Notes under the pieces: model-generated | Told to the model about the DNA's origin: nothing | The model's input: only the letters and a program-made list of their open reading frames with translations | Database searches by the model: none | Position numbers and translations under genes: made by a program | In this document: positions 1-13,184 of the stretch, piece after piece | Numbering within the stretch: the first letter of the stretch is position 1 | Layout: each line of letters opens with the position of its first letter | Source of the DNA: a virus | Reading direction: 5' to 3' (one strand) | Length of the DNA: 64,000 nucleotides | IMG/VR virus record: IMGVR_UViG_3300028800_000003 | Location: 55,740 to 119,739 of that record

Positions 1-328
1 CGGGTATATCGGAGGGGGCAACGACGCCCGCGCTCGCGCGCAAGGTTTGCCGGACTGCGGCGCCTACATGGCCGACCTGTTCGGCTTTGTCGGCAAGGTG
101 GGCCGGGAACTGTGGGTCGCCGCCAACTGGGCGCACATGGGCCACGCCACCGAGCCGCATCCGGGCGCAGTCGCGGTCTGGCGGCATCACGTCGTCAAGA
201 TCGTCGGCGGACAGGACGGCCATGACCGCTGGCTGGTGCAGGACAATCACGGCCGCGGCGGCAGCCACACCTATTACCGCTCGCTGCATGGCGTCATCGC
301 CATCCGCGACATCGGCGGCACGGGCTGA
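1..328 (+). CDS. CHAP/NlpC-P60-like protein, probably 5'-truncated by the window edge
   Basis: DCGAYM...LWVAANW...PGAVAVWRHHV...VQDN gives a Cys/His pattern resembling CHAP-type amidases. The start is uncertain. Confidence 0.45.
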   Translation, partial: GYIGGGNDARARAQGLPDCGAYMADLFGFVGKVGRELWVAANWAHMGHATEPHPGAVAVWRHHVVKIVGGQDGHDRWLVQDNHGRGGSHTYYRSLHGVIAIRDIGGTG

Positions 329-332
329 ACAA

Positions 333-488
333 ATGAAGCGGTTCGGCATGACCGTCGTTCAGCTCGTCTCGCATCTGATCGAGCACGGCTATCCCGCCGA
401 CTTTGCCAGAACCTACGCGCGCAACTGGCACGAGTCTTTCATCAACACGCGTCTGCCGGCGCCAGGGCTCCTCAAGAGACTCCCATGA
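333..488 (+). CDS. small hypothetical protein
   Basis: ATG 4 nt after the upstream stop (MKRFGMTVVQLVSHLIEHG...); ATGA overlap with the next gene. Confidence 0.55.
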   Translation: MKRFGMTVVQLVSHLIEHGYPADFARTYARNWHESFINTRLPAPGLLKRLP

Positions 489-685
489 ACCGCAAACCAA
501 TCTATCACGAGACCAACCCGCGTTTCCGAGTCATCTCTGTGCCAAACGGTCAATGGCAGGCGCAACGTCGCCTCGACGTTCCGTCATCGAATACGGTGGA
601 CCCGTGGGCCAACATCGGCGGCCCTGATCCGATCGATGTCGCGCAGGCGCGGATGCAGGCTGCGGCCGAGACGAAGAAAAAATGA
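485..685 (+). CDS. hypothetical protein
   Basis: 66-aa ORF with ATGA overlaps on both sides. Confidence 0.65.
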   Translation: MNRKPIYHETNPRFRVISVPNGQWQAQRRLDVPSSNTVDPWANIGGPDPIDVAQARMQAAAETKKK

Positions 686-1014
686 CCCGCCGCACGACCG
701 AACGTCTGATCGATCTCCTGGAGACCGTCAACGCCACGGCGATCGACAACGACGGCGGCAAGCCCGGTGAATTTCTCGCCGCGCTCTGCCGCGAGGCAGC
801 GCAGCGTCTGCGCGATCTGCAAAAAGGGCAACGTTTCACGACGGCGCAAGACCGGCACGTTGCCGAACTTGCTGCTCACGTCGAGGAATTGGGTCCGCCG
901 CTGCGTAGCTTCGACGACACATTCAGCGCGACGACCGTCATCATGGACAAATTCTTCCCGCGCCGCAACGACGATGGCATGCCGATCATCAACGAAGGCG
1001 ATCACGGCTGTTGA
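682..1014 (+). CDS. hypothetical protein
   Basis: 110-aa ORF with an ATGA overlap. Confidence 0.65.
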   Translation: MTRRTTERLIDLLETVNATAIDNDGGKPGEFLAALCREAAQRLRDLQKGQRFTTAQDRHVAELAAHVEELGPPLRSFDDTFSATTVIMDKFFPRRNDDGMPIINEGDHGC

Positions 1015-1019
1015 TCTAC

Positions 1020-1174
1020 GGAAGGTAGCATAGACCAGGTTTTAATGCAGGTGCAGTGTATTCCAGTAGGCGAGTGTTTGCCGTCAGCATAGCGGGCATT
1101 CTGTAAAGCGGGACGCCGCGAGCCGAAAAGTAAGCTGCACGTCGAAGAATGGTTCAAGCCCATTCCCTTCCACC
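1020..1174 (+). ncRNA. tRNA-like RNA with an expanded anticodon-arm domain
   Basis: Acceptor GGAAGG(1020-25)/CCTTCC(1166-71) followed by ACC; UA linker; D-stem GCAT/ATGC with GG in the loop; GTGCAG/CTGCAC stem enclosing 78 nt; T-stem GAATGG/CCATTC with loop TTCAAGC; terminator directly downstream. Confidence 0.75.
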
Positions 1175-1178
1175 GAAC

Positions 1179-1219
1179 AAAAAAGAGCCGCCCCAGGGAA
1201 TCCCCGAGGCGGCTTTTTT
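1179..1219. terminator. bidirectional rho-independent terminator
   Basis: AAAAAAGAGCCGCC...GGCGGCTTTTTT hairpin with A and T tracts. Confidence 0.8.
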
Positions 1220-1451
1220 GTCAGATTGTCGCACCCGAAAAGCGCGATGAATTGCGAACTTGTTGCCGCCGACTTTATTTGCTCGACCAGAGAAACACGC
1301 ATGACATCGTGTCAAGGTTTTGCGATCTGATAACGGTTGCTGCGATGTCACGCGGACTTGCGCGCCGAAAACCGACCCGTTTCGCCAATTCCAGATAGTG
1401 CGATGATTATATTAGCAGCATCAACCCCTATCAAAGGAGCAAACAAACAAG

Positions 1452-2153
1452 ATGCTGCACGATCCTATCGTCGACGTGACTCACACGGTCTATTGCGGGC
1501 CGAAAGCGATTGCAATTCTGACCGGCGTTCCGGTGTCACGCATAGAGAAGATGTTGCGGCGCTGCCGTTCCGACAAGGGACGCGATAGCCGCGGCAGAAA
1601 GATACCGATCCGCGGCACATATAGTAGCCAAGTAGTCAAGGTCTTGCGCCGGCTCGGATGCAAGGTGGAGGAGATAAGTCACTGCGAGCCGACGTTGGGC
1701 CGCTTCATCACCGACACCAATACATTCAAGGCGCCATGTCTGGTGATGACGCGGAATCATTTCACGGTGACATTCGATGGCAAGTGTTACGATCACTACG
1801 CCGGCAAGCCGACGGTGCGCGTGGTGAGAGGATGGCGAGTAGAAGCCCCGGCGACGCCGAAATTCACCTGCGGAGCACCGGCACCAGCGAGGAAGCCTAA
1901 GCCCGCGCGTGATCTGCGGGCCGAGCGCCACGCCAAGGTGATGGCCAGGATCAAGAGACTGGAGACCAAGATTAAGCGCGCCACCACGGCGCTGAAAAAG
2001 GCCCAACGACAGGCGCGCTACTATCAGCGCGTCAGTCGCAGCCCCGACCAATCAGACCGTAGTCAACCTCGCTCGGATCGGAATACACCTCCCAGTGCCG
2101 CCATCCTTTCGGGCACCAGAATCCCCAGTCACGAGTCTTCGGTCCCAGCATGA
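1452..2153 (+). CDS. hypothetical protein with a peptidase C39-like N-terminus and basic coiled-coil C-terminus
   Basis: RBS AAGGAG; YCGPKAIAILTG...NHF...YD. The 3' end overlaps the convergent gene by ~120 nt. Confidence 0.6.
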   Translation: MLHDPIVDVTHTVYCGPKAIAILTGVPVSRIEKMLRRCRSDKGRDSRGRKIPIRGTYSSQVVKVLRRLGCKVEEISHCEPTLGRFITDTNTFKAPCLVMTRNHFTVTFDGKCYDHYAGKPTVRVVRGWRVEAPATPKFTCGAPAPARKPKPARDLRAERHAKVMARIKRLETKIKRATTALKKAQRQARYYQRVSRSPDQSDRSQPRSDRNTPPSAAILSGTRIPSHESSVPA

Positions 2154-2550
2154 ACAGCGTGAGCGCTGTCGGCGTCACCAGCTCGATGCGATGCGAGAAT
2201 TTGGCCGATCGGAAGACGACATCACCGGCGCGGATCATCCGCACGCTGTGTTGCTCCTTGTCGCGCGGATCGAAGCCGTTCTGCGCATAGACCTCGCGGT
2301 AGACGCCGTCGAGAATCAGCGACATCGAGGCTCGCGGATGATCGTGCAAGGCGCGATCATCGTCGTCATTCTTGAACAGATGGATATAGGCGTTGGGCAA
2401 TAGCTTCGCCCGCGGCATCGTGATCCAACGCAGCATGTAGGGAGCTTCGCGTGGCCCGATGATGTTGTCAGGCTCACGCGATTCGATGACACGCATGGCG
2501 CGCTTGCGGATTGGATCGAACACCGCCTTCGGCAGATGAACGATCGGCAT
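2032..2550 (-). CDS. cupin-like phage protein
   Basis: DDDRALHDHP...SLILDGVYRE...FSHRIEL...RDWGF. Confidence 0.75.
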   Translation of the reverse strand: MPIVHLPKAVFDPIRKRAMRVIESREPDNIIGPREAPYMLRWITMPRAKLLPNAYIHLFKNDDDDRALHDHPRASMSLILDGVYREVYAQNGFDPRDKEQHSVRMIRAGDVVFRSAKFSHRIELVTPTALTLFMLGPKTRDWGFWCPKGWRHWEVYSDPSEVDYGLIGRGCD

Positions 2551-3056
2551 CAGGCGGCCTCCAGATAGTCGGCCGCAACACGTAGGATAGACGGATCGTC
2601 CTTGGCGTGACCGAGAATGGCATTACAGTTATGGCAAAGCAAACCGCGCACAGCCTTTGTCTTGTGGCAGTGATCAACGAAAAGACTGATGTGCTTTGAA
2701 TTACCGATAGGCGATGGACAGATGGCGCAGTGGCCGCCCTGCTTTTTCAAAAGCGCCTGATAGTCTTCGATGGTGAGGCCGTATCTCGCCAAATTACCCG
2801 ACCGGACAAGCGCCGGATTGGCGGCATACCGCTTGCGCATGTATGAGGCATGCTGAGCCAGTTGTTCTGGCGTTCGCTTCGCCTTCTTCACCGCAGGATT
2901 GCGCTCGACGTATGAACGTCGACACTCGCGCGAACATTCGACGCACTGGCGACTTTGAACGAAGCGAGCTGCAAGATGGCCTTGTAGGCATGGCCGCCCC
3001 GTGCAGTATTGCTTCAAGCCGCGTGACAATGCGTCCTTGCGGGACACAACATTCAT
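2550..3056 (-). CDS. recombination endonuclease VII-family nuclease, possibly a homing endonuclease
   Basis: QGGHCAIC...VDHCHKTKAVRGLLCHNCNAILG; N-terminal YCTGRPCLQGH...CVEC zinc motif; start at MNVVSRK. Confidence 0.85.
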   Translation of the reverse strand: MNVVSRKDALSRGLKQYCTGRPCLQGHLAARFVQSRQCVECSRECRRSYVERNPAVKKAKRTPEQLAQHASYMRKRYAANPALVRSGNLARYGLTIEDYQALLKKQGGHCAICPSPIGNSKHISLFVDHCHKTKAVRGLLCHNCNAILGHAKDDPSILRVAADYLEAA

Positions 3057-3057
3057 C

Positions 3058-4389
3058 CTACGCTGCCTCTTTGAACTCGGTGGCTTTGCGGGCCGCCGAC
3101 GGGATGTTGATGCGGAGACGGCCAATCTCCCCTTCCTCGCGGTGAATTGTGATCGATGAAAGCGATTTTCCAGATGTGTAGCCAGACGCCTCGTGATGCG
3201 CGTCATTGGCCGCGAGCGTCTGGAACGACTCGACCCGCACGTCACCGATCTCCTTTACGGACTCGTGGTGAATGTGCCCGAAATAGAAATAGTGATAGGC
3301 AGTGGAGCCCCAATCTTCGCGAGCACGCACCGCCATCGCCATCGCCATATCCTGCGGTTTGCAGCGGTAGCCATGCGTGGCGCCGATCAGTGTGTTGCCG
3401 AACCGATGGAAAAAGAATTCGGACGGCGAGCCCCACACCTTGACGCGCGGATTGTTGGCGTAGGCTTCGATCAGCGCGACATCGAGGGCGATGCTGGAAT
3501 GCGGGTCGTGGTTGCCGGGAATGTTCACGACCAGCACGTCATGATGCTTCTGGAGCGCCAGATCGACGATGTTCTTCATCAACTGGACGCCGGCCACCAA
3601 AATCTTTCGATAGCGGCTATCGACATCGAGCTTATTCTTGTGGCCTGGAGTGAGGTTGGTGCTGTCGTCTGTGTGCTGCCAGTCGCCGAGGTTGAGAACG
3701 ATGGCCTGACGGCTATGTGGAGCCTGGGAGACCATACGGCTGGCGCACGCCATGAGGCGCTGTTTGCCGATCTCCAGGTCGTAGGGTTCGCCAGTTTCCT
3801 TGCCCCAAGCGAGCAAGCCATTGTGCTGGTCGGCAATCGGGTACACCGAGAGCAGGTCAACATCAGTCAGGTGTGGCGGATGGATTAATGGAACCGGGGC
3901 GATTTCGTCCTTAAAGACCTCCTTGATGGCCTCTACCAGGAAACGATTCTCATCGTCCTTGGTCCGAATCCAGGCCTGTTTGAGAATGCCCTCCGGCGTG
4001 ATGTGGTAGGTGCCCTTGCCGAGCACCTTGCCCTTGGGCATCTCGAAGACAACGCCCTCGCCTTCGTCCGGCGAATTGATCTGGGATACCGTTTGCGCCG
4101 TGACGTTGCCGCTGCCGTCGGTCGTGGTCGAGGTCTTGTTGATGACGAAGCCGGGCAGCACCGGTTTGAAGCCAAGCAGTCCGCGTTCGGCCGCGGCGTA
4201 CAGTCGGCGCCGGAAGCTGGTCTTGGCCATGTTGTTGAGGGAGCGGGCAGCCGCGGCCTTGTTCTGGCCGTTTGCCTCGTAAGCGGCGGCGACGGCTTTA
4301 AGGTCGTCGTCGGAAAAGGATTCACCTTGCAATGGCTTAACTCCGTGGGGGCAGATAGGGGTCGCGGGTATTTTCTGTTTGACCCGCAC
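3058..4389 (-). CDS. calcineurin-like metallophosphoesterase with N-terminal HTH
   Basis: IADQH, LGDWQH, PGNHD, THG and FGHIHH motifs; NKAAAARSL HTH. The true start may be TTG at 4332. Confidence 0.85.
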   Translation of the reverse strand: MRVKQKIPATPICPHGVKPLQGESFSDDDLKAVAAAYEANGQNKAAAARSLNNMAKTSFRRRLYAAAERGLLGFKPVLPGFVINKTSTTTDGSGNVTAQTVSQINSPDEGEGVVFEMPKGKVLGKGTYHITPEGILKQAWIRTKDDENRFLVEAIKEVFKDEIAPVPLIHPPHLTDVDLLSVYPIADQHNGLLAWGKETGEPYDLEIGKQRLMACASRMVSQAPHSRQAIVLNLGDWQHTDDSTNLTPGHKNKLDVDSRYRKILVAGVQLMKNIVDLALQKHHDVLVVNIPGNHDPHSSIALDVALIEAYANNPRVKVWGSPSEFFFHRFGNTLIGATHGYRCKPQDMAMAMAVRAREDWGSTAYHYFYFGHIHHESVKEIGDVRVESFQTLAANDAHHEASGYTSGKSLSSITIHREEGEIGRLRINIPSAARKATEFKEAA

Positions 4390-4423
4390 ATAACCGCATG
4401 ATAGCCGTTCCCGTCAAGCGATT

Positions 4424-4771
4424 TTAATTCAGGGTGTCATCCTTTCTGACGCGGTGGATCAGCTCGCCGAATAGCTGCTGGATCGACACCGTCATCTGGC
4501 TCATTTCCTTGCTGATCTGAGCCATGATCTGGTTGAGAGATTCGGTGAGGCGCTTCTCGACCTCCTGCACCGCTTTGATGGTGGCATAGCTTTGCGCCAC
4601 CTCGATGCGGTGATCTTGAATTGAGGAACGCAGTTCGTTGATGGCGGTGGCCTGCTGGCTCTGTTGGCGGATCACATAGCCAACGATGGCGAGAGCGATC
4701 ATGCCGCCAACGCCAATGAGCGAGCCGAATTCAGTCCAGGTGACGGAGGAGGGGTCAAGCATCTTGGTCAT
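4424..4771 (-). CDS. single-TM coiled-coil protein, holin/lysis accessory candidate
   Basis: Hydrophobic LIGVGGMIALAIVGYVI then coiled coil; directly downstream of the endolysin. Confidence 0.6.
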   Translation of the reverse strand: MTKMLDPSSVTWTEFGSLIGVGGMIALAIVGYVIRQQSQQATAINELRSSIQDHRIEVAQSYATIKAVQEVEKRLTESLNQIMAQISKEMSQMTVSIQQLFGELIHRVRKDDTLN

Positions 4772-4867
4772 CCAAACAAATAAAAAAATTGATCGTTGGC
4801 GGCGCCCGTTGCCAGGCTGCCGCCGACGACCGTCCCCGCGGCGGATCACGCCACGCAAATTAAAAGA

Positions 4868-5746
4868 TTACGCTGCCAGTCCGTAGCGCGGCTTGTAGGA
4901 ATCAAGCCGCGGCACCAAGGTCTCGCCTCCTGATGGCGCTTCCTGTTTGGCACTGAAATTCGCCTGATAGCGACGACGCGCGCTGTAGACACAGAATCCG
5001 ATTGCACCGGCTGCGACCACGCCGGCAGCAACAGCCGCAATGGGCGACACCCCGCCGTGAACCGAAATGGCGTCTGCCGTAGCGACCAGAATACCTGAGC
5101 CGATGGCACCGTCATGACCAGGAGGCGGAAGGATGCCCTTGCCGCGAGGTGCGGCCGCGGTCGGCGGCGTAAAGGCACGGAACGGCATCGTAGGCACAGG
5201 CGCATTGCGCTTGGCGGCCCCAGCCAATTCCAGCGAGAACGATCGCACCTCCTTGACGCGCGTTGTCCAACCGGCGCCGAATTCGCGCCAGGTGTTGAGA
5301 CCGCGCAGGAAATGGATGCGCTCGTTGTTGATGGCGTTGACCATCTGGAACGGATCGCGCTTGGCCAGCGCATCGAGCACGTCTGGCGTAATGCGCCAGG
5401 TGTCGTCTGTCATGCCAAGGACGCGCCGCAAGGTCTTGCCAGAACGTCCGATGCCGCTGTTGAGTCCATAATCAAACACGGTGTCGTCGACACCTGCCGG
5501 CAACGCATCGCAATCGAGAATGTCCCAGTATTTGAACTTGATCACTTTCTCCGCAAACGCCATCGGCATCGCGCGCATATCATGCACGCTCGGATTGGCA
5601 ACCCAGCCGAGTTCCTTACCATAGCGTCGCGCATCGGCGATCGTGATGCCGTAGTTGGTAGGGCCGCCCGGATCGCGAGGGTTGTTGGTGAAGCCGCCTT
5701 CGTGAACAAGCGCGCGGGATTCGCACGCGGCGTAATCATTCAGCAT
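4868..5746 (-). CDS. endolysin, glycoside hydrolase family 108 with PG-binding domain and hydrophobic C-terminal segment
   Basis: HEGGFTNNPRDPGGPTNYGIT; FDYGLNSG; FGAGWTTRV. Confidence 0.92.
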   Translation of the reverse strand: MLNDYAACESRALVHEGGFTNNPRDPGGPTNYGITIADARRYGKELGWVANPSVHDMRAMPMAFAEKVIKFKYWDILDCDALPAGVDDTVFDYGLNSGIGRSGKTLRRVLGMTDDTWRITPDVLDALAKRDPFQMVNAINNERIHFLRGLNTWREFGAGWTTRVKEVRSFSLELAGAAKRNAPVPTMPFRAFTPPTAAAPRGKGILPPPGHDGAIGSGILVATADAISVHGGVSPIAAVAAGVVAAGAIGFCVYSARRRYQANFSAKQEAPSGGETLVPRLDSYKPRYGLAA

Positions 5747-5797
5747 GACAAAGGTCCCTTCGACAATACGGGTATTGCGCGGTTAACGCGCGAATGG

Positions 5798-6919
5798 TCA
5801 AGCGGCCATTGGATAGTTCCGCTTCAACCAGTCGAGATCGGTTCGATCAGATCGCGGGGTGTACCAGCGCTTTCCGGTCTGAGCATCAGCCACGGATTGG
5901 AAATACTCCTCGTACATCGCGCCAACGCGCTCCAAGGAGAAATTCGACGCCGCCCAGTCGCGACAAGCGCGCCGATCAATCTTATGGATGTTCTGCGCCG
6001 CCCAGACGAATTGCTCGAATGTTCGACACCGATAGCCGGTCACGCCATGCAACACGTTCTCGGCGAATGCGCCCCAATCGGTGGTGATCACCGGAGTTCC
6101 AGACAGCATCGCCTCGACCGAAACGCCGCAGAACGGCTCGACGAACATCGACGGCGTCAACACGGCGCGCGCGTTCGATAGAATCTCGCGGCGCTTCTCG
6201 ACGCCAACGAATCCGACCAATTGCGCCGGCGCATGGGCATTGTTCACTGTGCCAGGTCCAGCCATGACCAGTGGCAACCCGACTTCCTTGGCGATCTGCA
6301 TGGCGATGTAGTCGCCCTTGCCTTCGCCGCCGATCGAACGCACGCCGAGGAACGCAAGGTATCCGCCTGGATTATCGTTGAAGGTGAAATCGGCGAGGTC
6401 GTAATAGTTCGGGATCACCGCATCGTACCACCAGGCATTCCCTTGCGCGGTGCCAACGCCCTGCGTGCCGCGATAGGCGTGCAGCAGCGCGTAGGACTCA
6501 AACACCTTGTAGGGCGCAAAGTATCCGCCCGGATAGCCGATGCCGGACTCGACCACGATCAGGCCTGGACACTCATCAGCAATCGACTTGTGCGAGGCCC
6601 AGGCGCACAACAAGAAATCGCCCGGCTGTTTTCGCGCGTTGATTGCCTCGACGGTGTTGTGGTGAAAATTGCCATAGACGGCGCTGTTCACGTCGAACTT
6701 GCCGGAGGTCTCCGGTGGCCCGATGTCGGCCGCATCAGTCACCGTGACATGCTCGGTGCAGACCACATCCGATAGCTCATTGCCATAATGGATGACCTTG
6801 TGGCCACGCTCGGTCAACATCTTGCAAAGGTTGAGAACCTTCTGGGTGAATGCGCAGCACAGATAGTCCTTGTTGGTCGCGGTGTGCGGAATTCCTGGAA
6901 TGTGAAACGTAAAAGACAT
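5798..6919 (-). CDS. glycosyltransferase family 4 (GT-B)
   Basis: EPFCGVSVEAMLSGTPVITTDWGAFAENVLHGVTG. Confidence 0.9.
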   Translation of the reverse strand: MSFTFHIPGIPHTATNKDYLCCAFTQKVLNLCKMLTERGHKVIHYGNELSDVVCTEHVTVTDAADIGPPETSGKFDVNSAVYGNFHHNTVEAINARKQPGDFLLCAWASHKSIADECPGLIVVESGIGYPGGYFAPYKVFESYALLHAYRGTQGVGTAQGNAWWYDAVIPNYYDLADFTFNDNPGGYLAFLGVRSIGGEGKGDYIAMQIAKEVGLPLVMAGPGTVNNAHAPAQLVGFVGVEKRREILSNARAVLTPSMFVEPFCGVSVEAMLSGTPVITTDWGAFAENVLHGVTGYRCRTFEQFVWAAQNIHKIDRRACRDWAASNFSLERVGAMYEEYFQSVADAQTGKRWYTPRSDRTDLDWLKRNYPMAA

Positions 6920-6937
6920 GACCTCGAAATTACTCCT

Positions 6938-6967
6938 GAAAAATAAAAGGCTGCCCGAAGGGCAGCC
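6938..6967 (-). terminator. intrinsic terminator upstream of the GT gene
   Basis: GGCTGCCC-3nt-GGGCAGCC plus a T-rich tail on the minus strand. Confidence 0.6.
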
Positions 6968-6997
6968 AGACGTTTTGCAAAAAGAAGAACGTCGTCA

Positions 6998-11893
<4,896 letters not shown>

Positions 11894-11956
11894 AAAATTT
11901 GGATCGCTTTGAAAAAATCAGGTTCTGAAAATCAGAGGTGCAAACGAACGATAAGA

Positions 11957-12595
11957 TCAGGGGGTGGTTACACCTCCCAGAACAGTCAACGTTGCAGGCC
12001 CTTGCGGGAATAGATTGATCGTGTGGCCGTCGGCCTCGGCCACGATGTCCATGACGTATATGCCTGGTGTGAGCGCGGAATTCTTCAACGTCGATTGCGT
12101 CACATTGAACGCCAGAACGCCAGTCGCACCGCCATTGGTGAAAGACTGATCGGCGGTCTGCGCGGAGATGAACACCTGCGTTCCAATGACTCCGTTGGTC
12201 GATTGGCGCACCTGACAGATGAAATCGATCCCGGTGATGTCGAGGGGCGGTGGCGAGAAAGTCAAGGTCGCCTCGGCATCGGTCTCGGTCGCATTGAGCG
12301 CGGAGCCGGATGCGTTCACCATGTTGAATTGCGTTGCAGAGGTAATGGCGCCGACAAACGCACCGGAAGGAATCCCGGCCGCGCCGGCTATCGTCTGTCC
12401 AGGCACGAGGCCTGCCGTCGAGGATACGGCGACAGCATTCTGCCCTGACGTGATCGAGCAACCCGACAACGTGACCGGCACATTGGGATAGCCGGACTGG
12501 GTAAACTCGATTGTGTCGAGCCAATCGCTATTCAGCACAATCGTGAATGTGCTGGTTGCCGAGAATTTCGGCAGCAACAGGATATTGGTGGTCAT
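11957..12595 (-). CDS. virion structural protein (fibre/baseplate-associated)
   Basis: beta-rich; PLDITGIDFICQVR...PGIYVMDIV resembles BppU-like adaptors. Confidence 0.55.
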   Translation of the reverse strand: MTTNILLLPKFSATSTFTIVLNSDWLDTIEFTQSGYPNVPVTLSGCSITSGQNAVAVSSTAGLVPGQTIAGAAGIPSGAFVGAITSATQFNMVNASGSALNATETDAEATLTFSPPPLDITGIDFICQVRQSTNGVIGTQVFISAQTADQSFTNGGATGVLAFNVTQSTLKNSALTPGIYVMDIVAEADGHTINLFPQGPATLTVLGGVTTP

Positions 12596-13173
12596 GAATT
12601 CACCGGCCAAGCGGGAATGGGAGACGGCGGCGTGTCGACCTGCGCTTGAGTCGCAATGGTCTTGGCGTCGATCGCCTTGTTGACCGCGGCAAATGTTGCG
12701 GTGGCGCCCTGCACGAAGGTGAACAGGCCCGCGAACAACACAACGACCTGGGCCGAGGTCAGAGCAAGGCTATCGCCCTGACCATCCACCCATGAATAGC
12801 TGCCGTTCGGCGTGCCCTGCGCCATCATCGCCATCGCCATCAGATGAACGAGATTCTGCGTGTCGGTCTTGACCTTAACGAAAATCGGGGCTTGCGCCGT
12901 GCCCACATTCACGGACACCCCGCCATCGACCAGCATCTTATGCTTGATCGCCGCGTAGGCTTTCAAATCGCCCGCTTCGGTCAGCACCGGCGCCGCATAG
13001 CGACGATGGTCGCGCTTGCCTTTGGCAGGAGCATCGCCATGACGCGACAGATGCGACATGGATTTGATCGGCACGACGCTGACGTTTGCGCCATAGGCCG
13101 ATGCCGGAATGTTCTGGCTAGAGTCGTGCGTGGCCACCACCACGCCGTTGGCGCAGTATGCAAGCATGGTCAT
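12592..13173 (-). CDS. tail fibre assembly protein (DUF4376-like)
   Basis: LKAYAAIKHKMLVDGGVSV...WVDGQG...LTSAQVVVL; follows the fibre gene. Confidence 0.65.
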   Translation of the reverse strand: MTMLAYCANGVVVATHDSSQNIPASAYGANVSVVPIKSMSHLSRHGDAPAKGKRDHRRYAAPVLTEAGDLKAYAAIKHKMLVDGGVSVNVGTAQAPIFVKVKTDTQNLVHLMAMAMMAQGTPNGSYSWVDGQGDSLALTSAQVVVLFAGLFTFVQGATATFAAVNKAIDAKTIATQAQVDTPPSPIPAWPVNS

Positions 13174-13184
13174 TGCTGAAAACC

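Noticed and set aside
1020-1174. tmRNA or group I intron-containing tRNA
   Set aside because: No G3.U70 or tag ORF, a true D-stem is present, and the 78-nt insert is far too short for a group I core.
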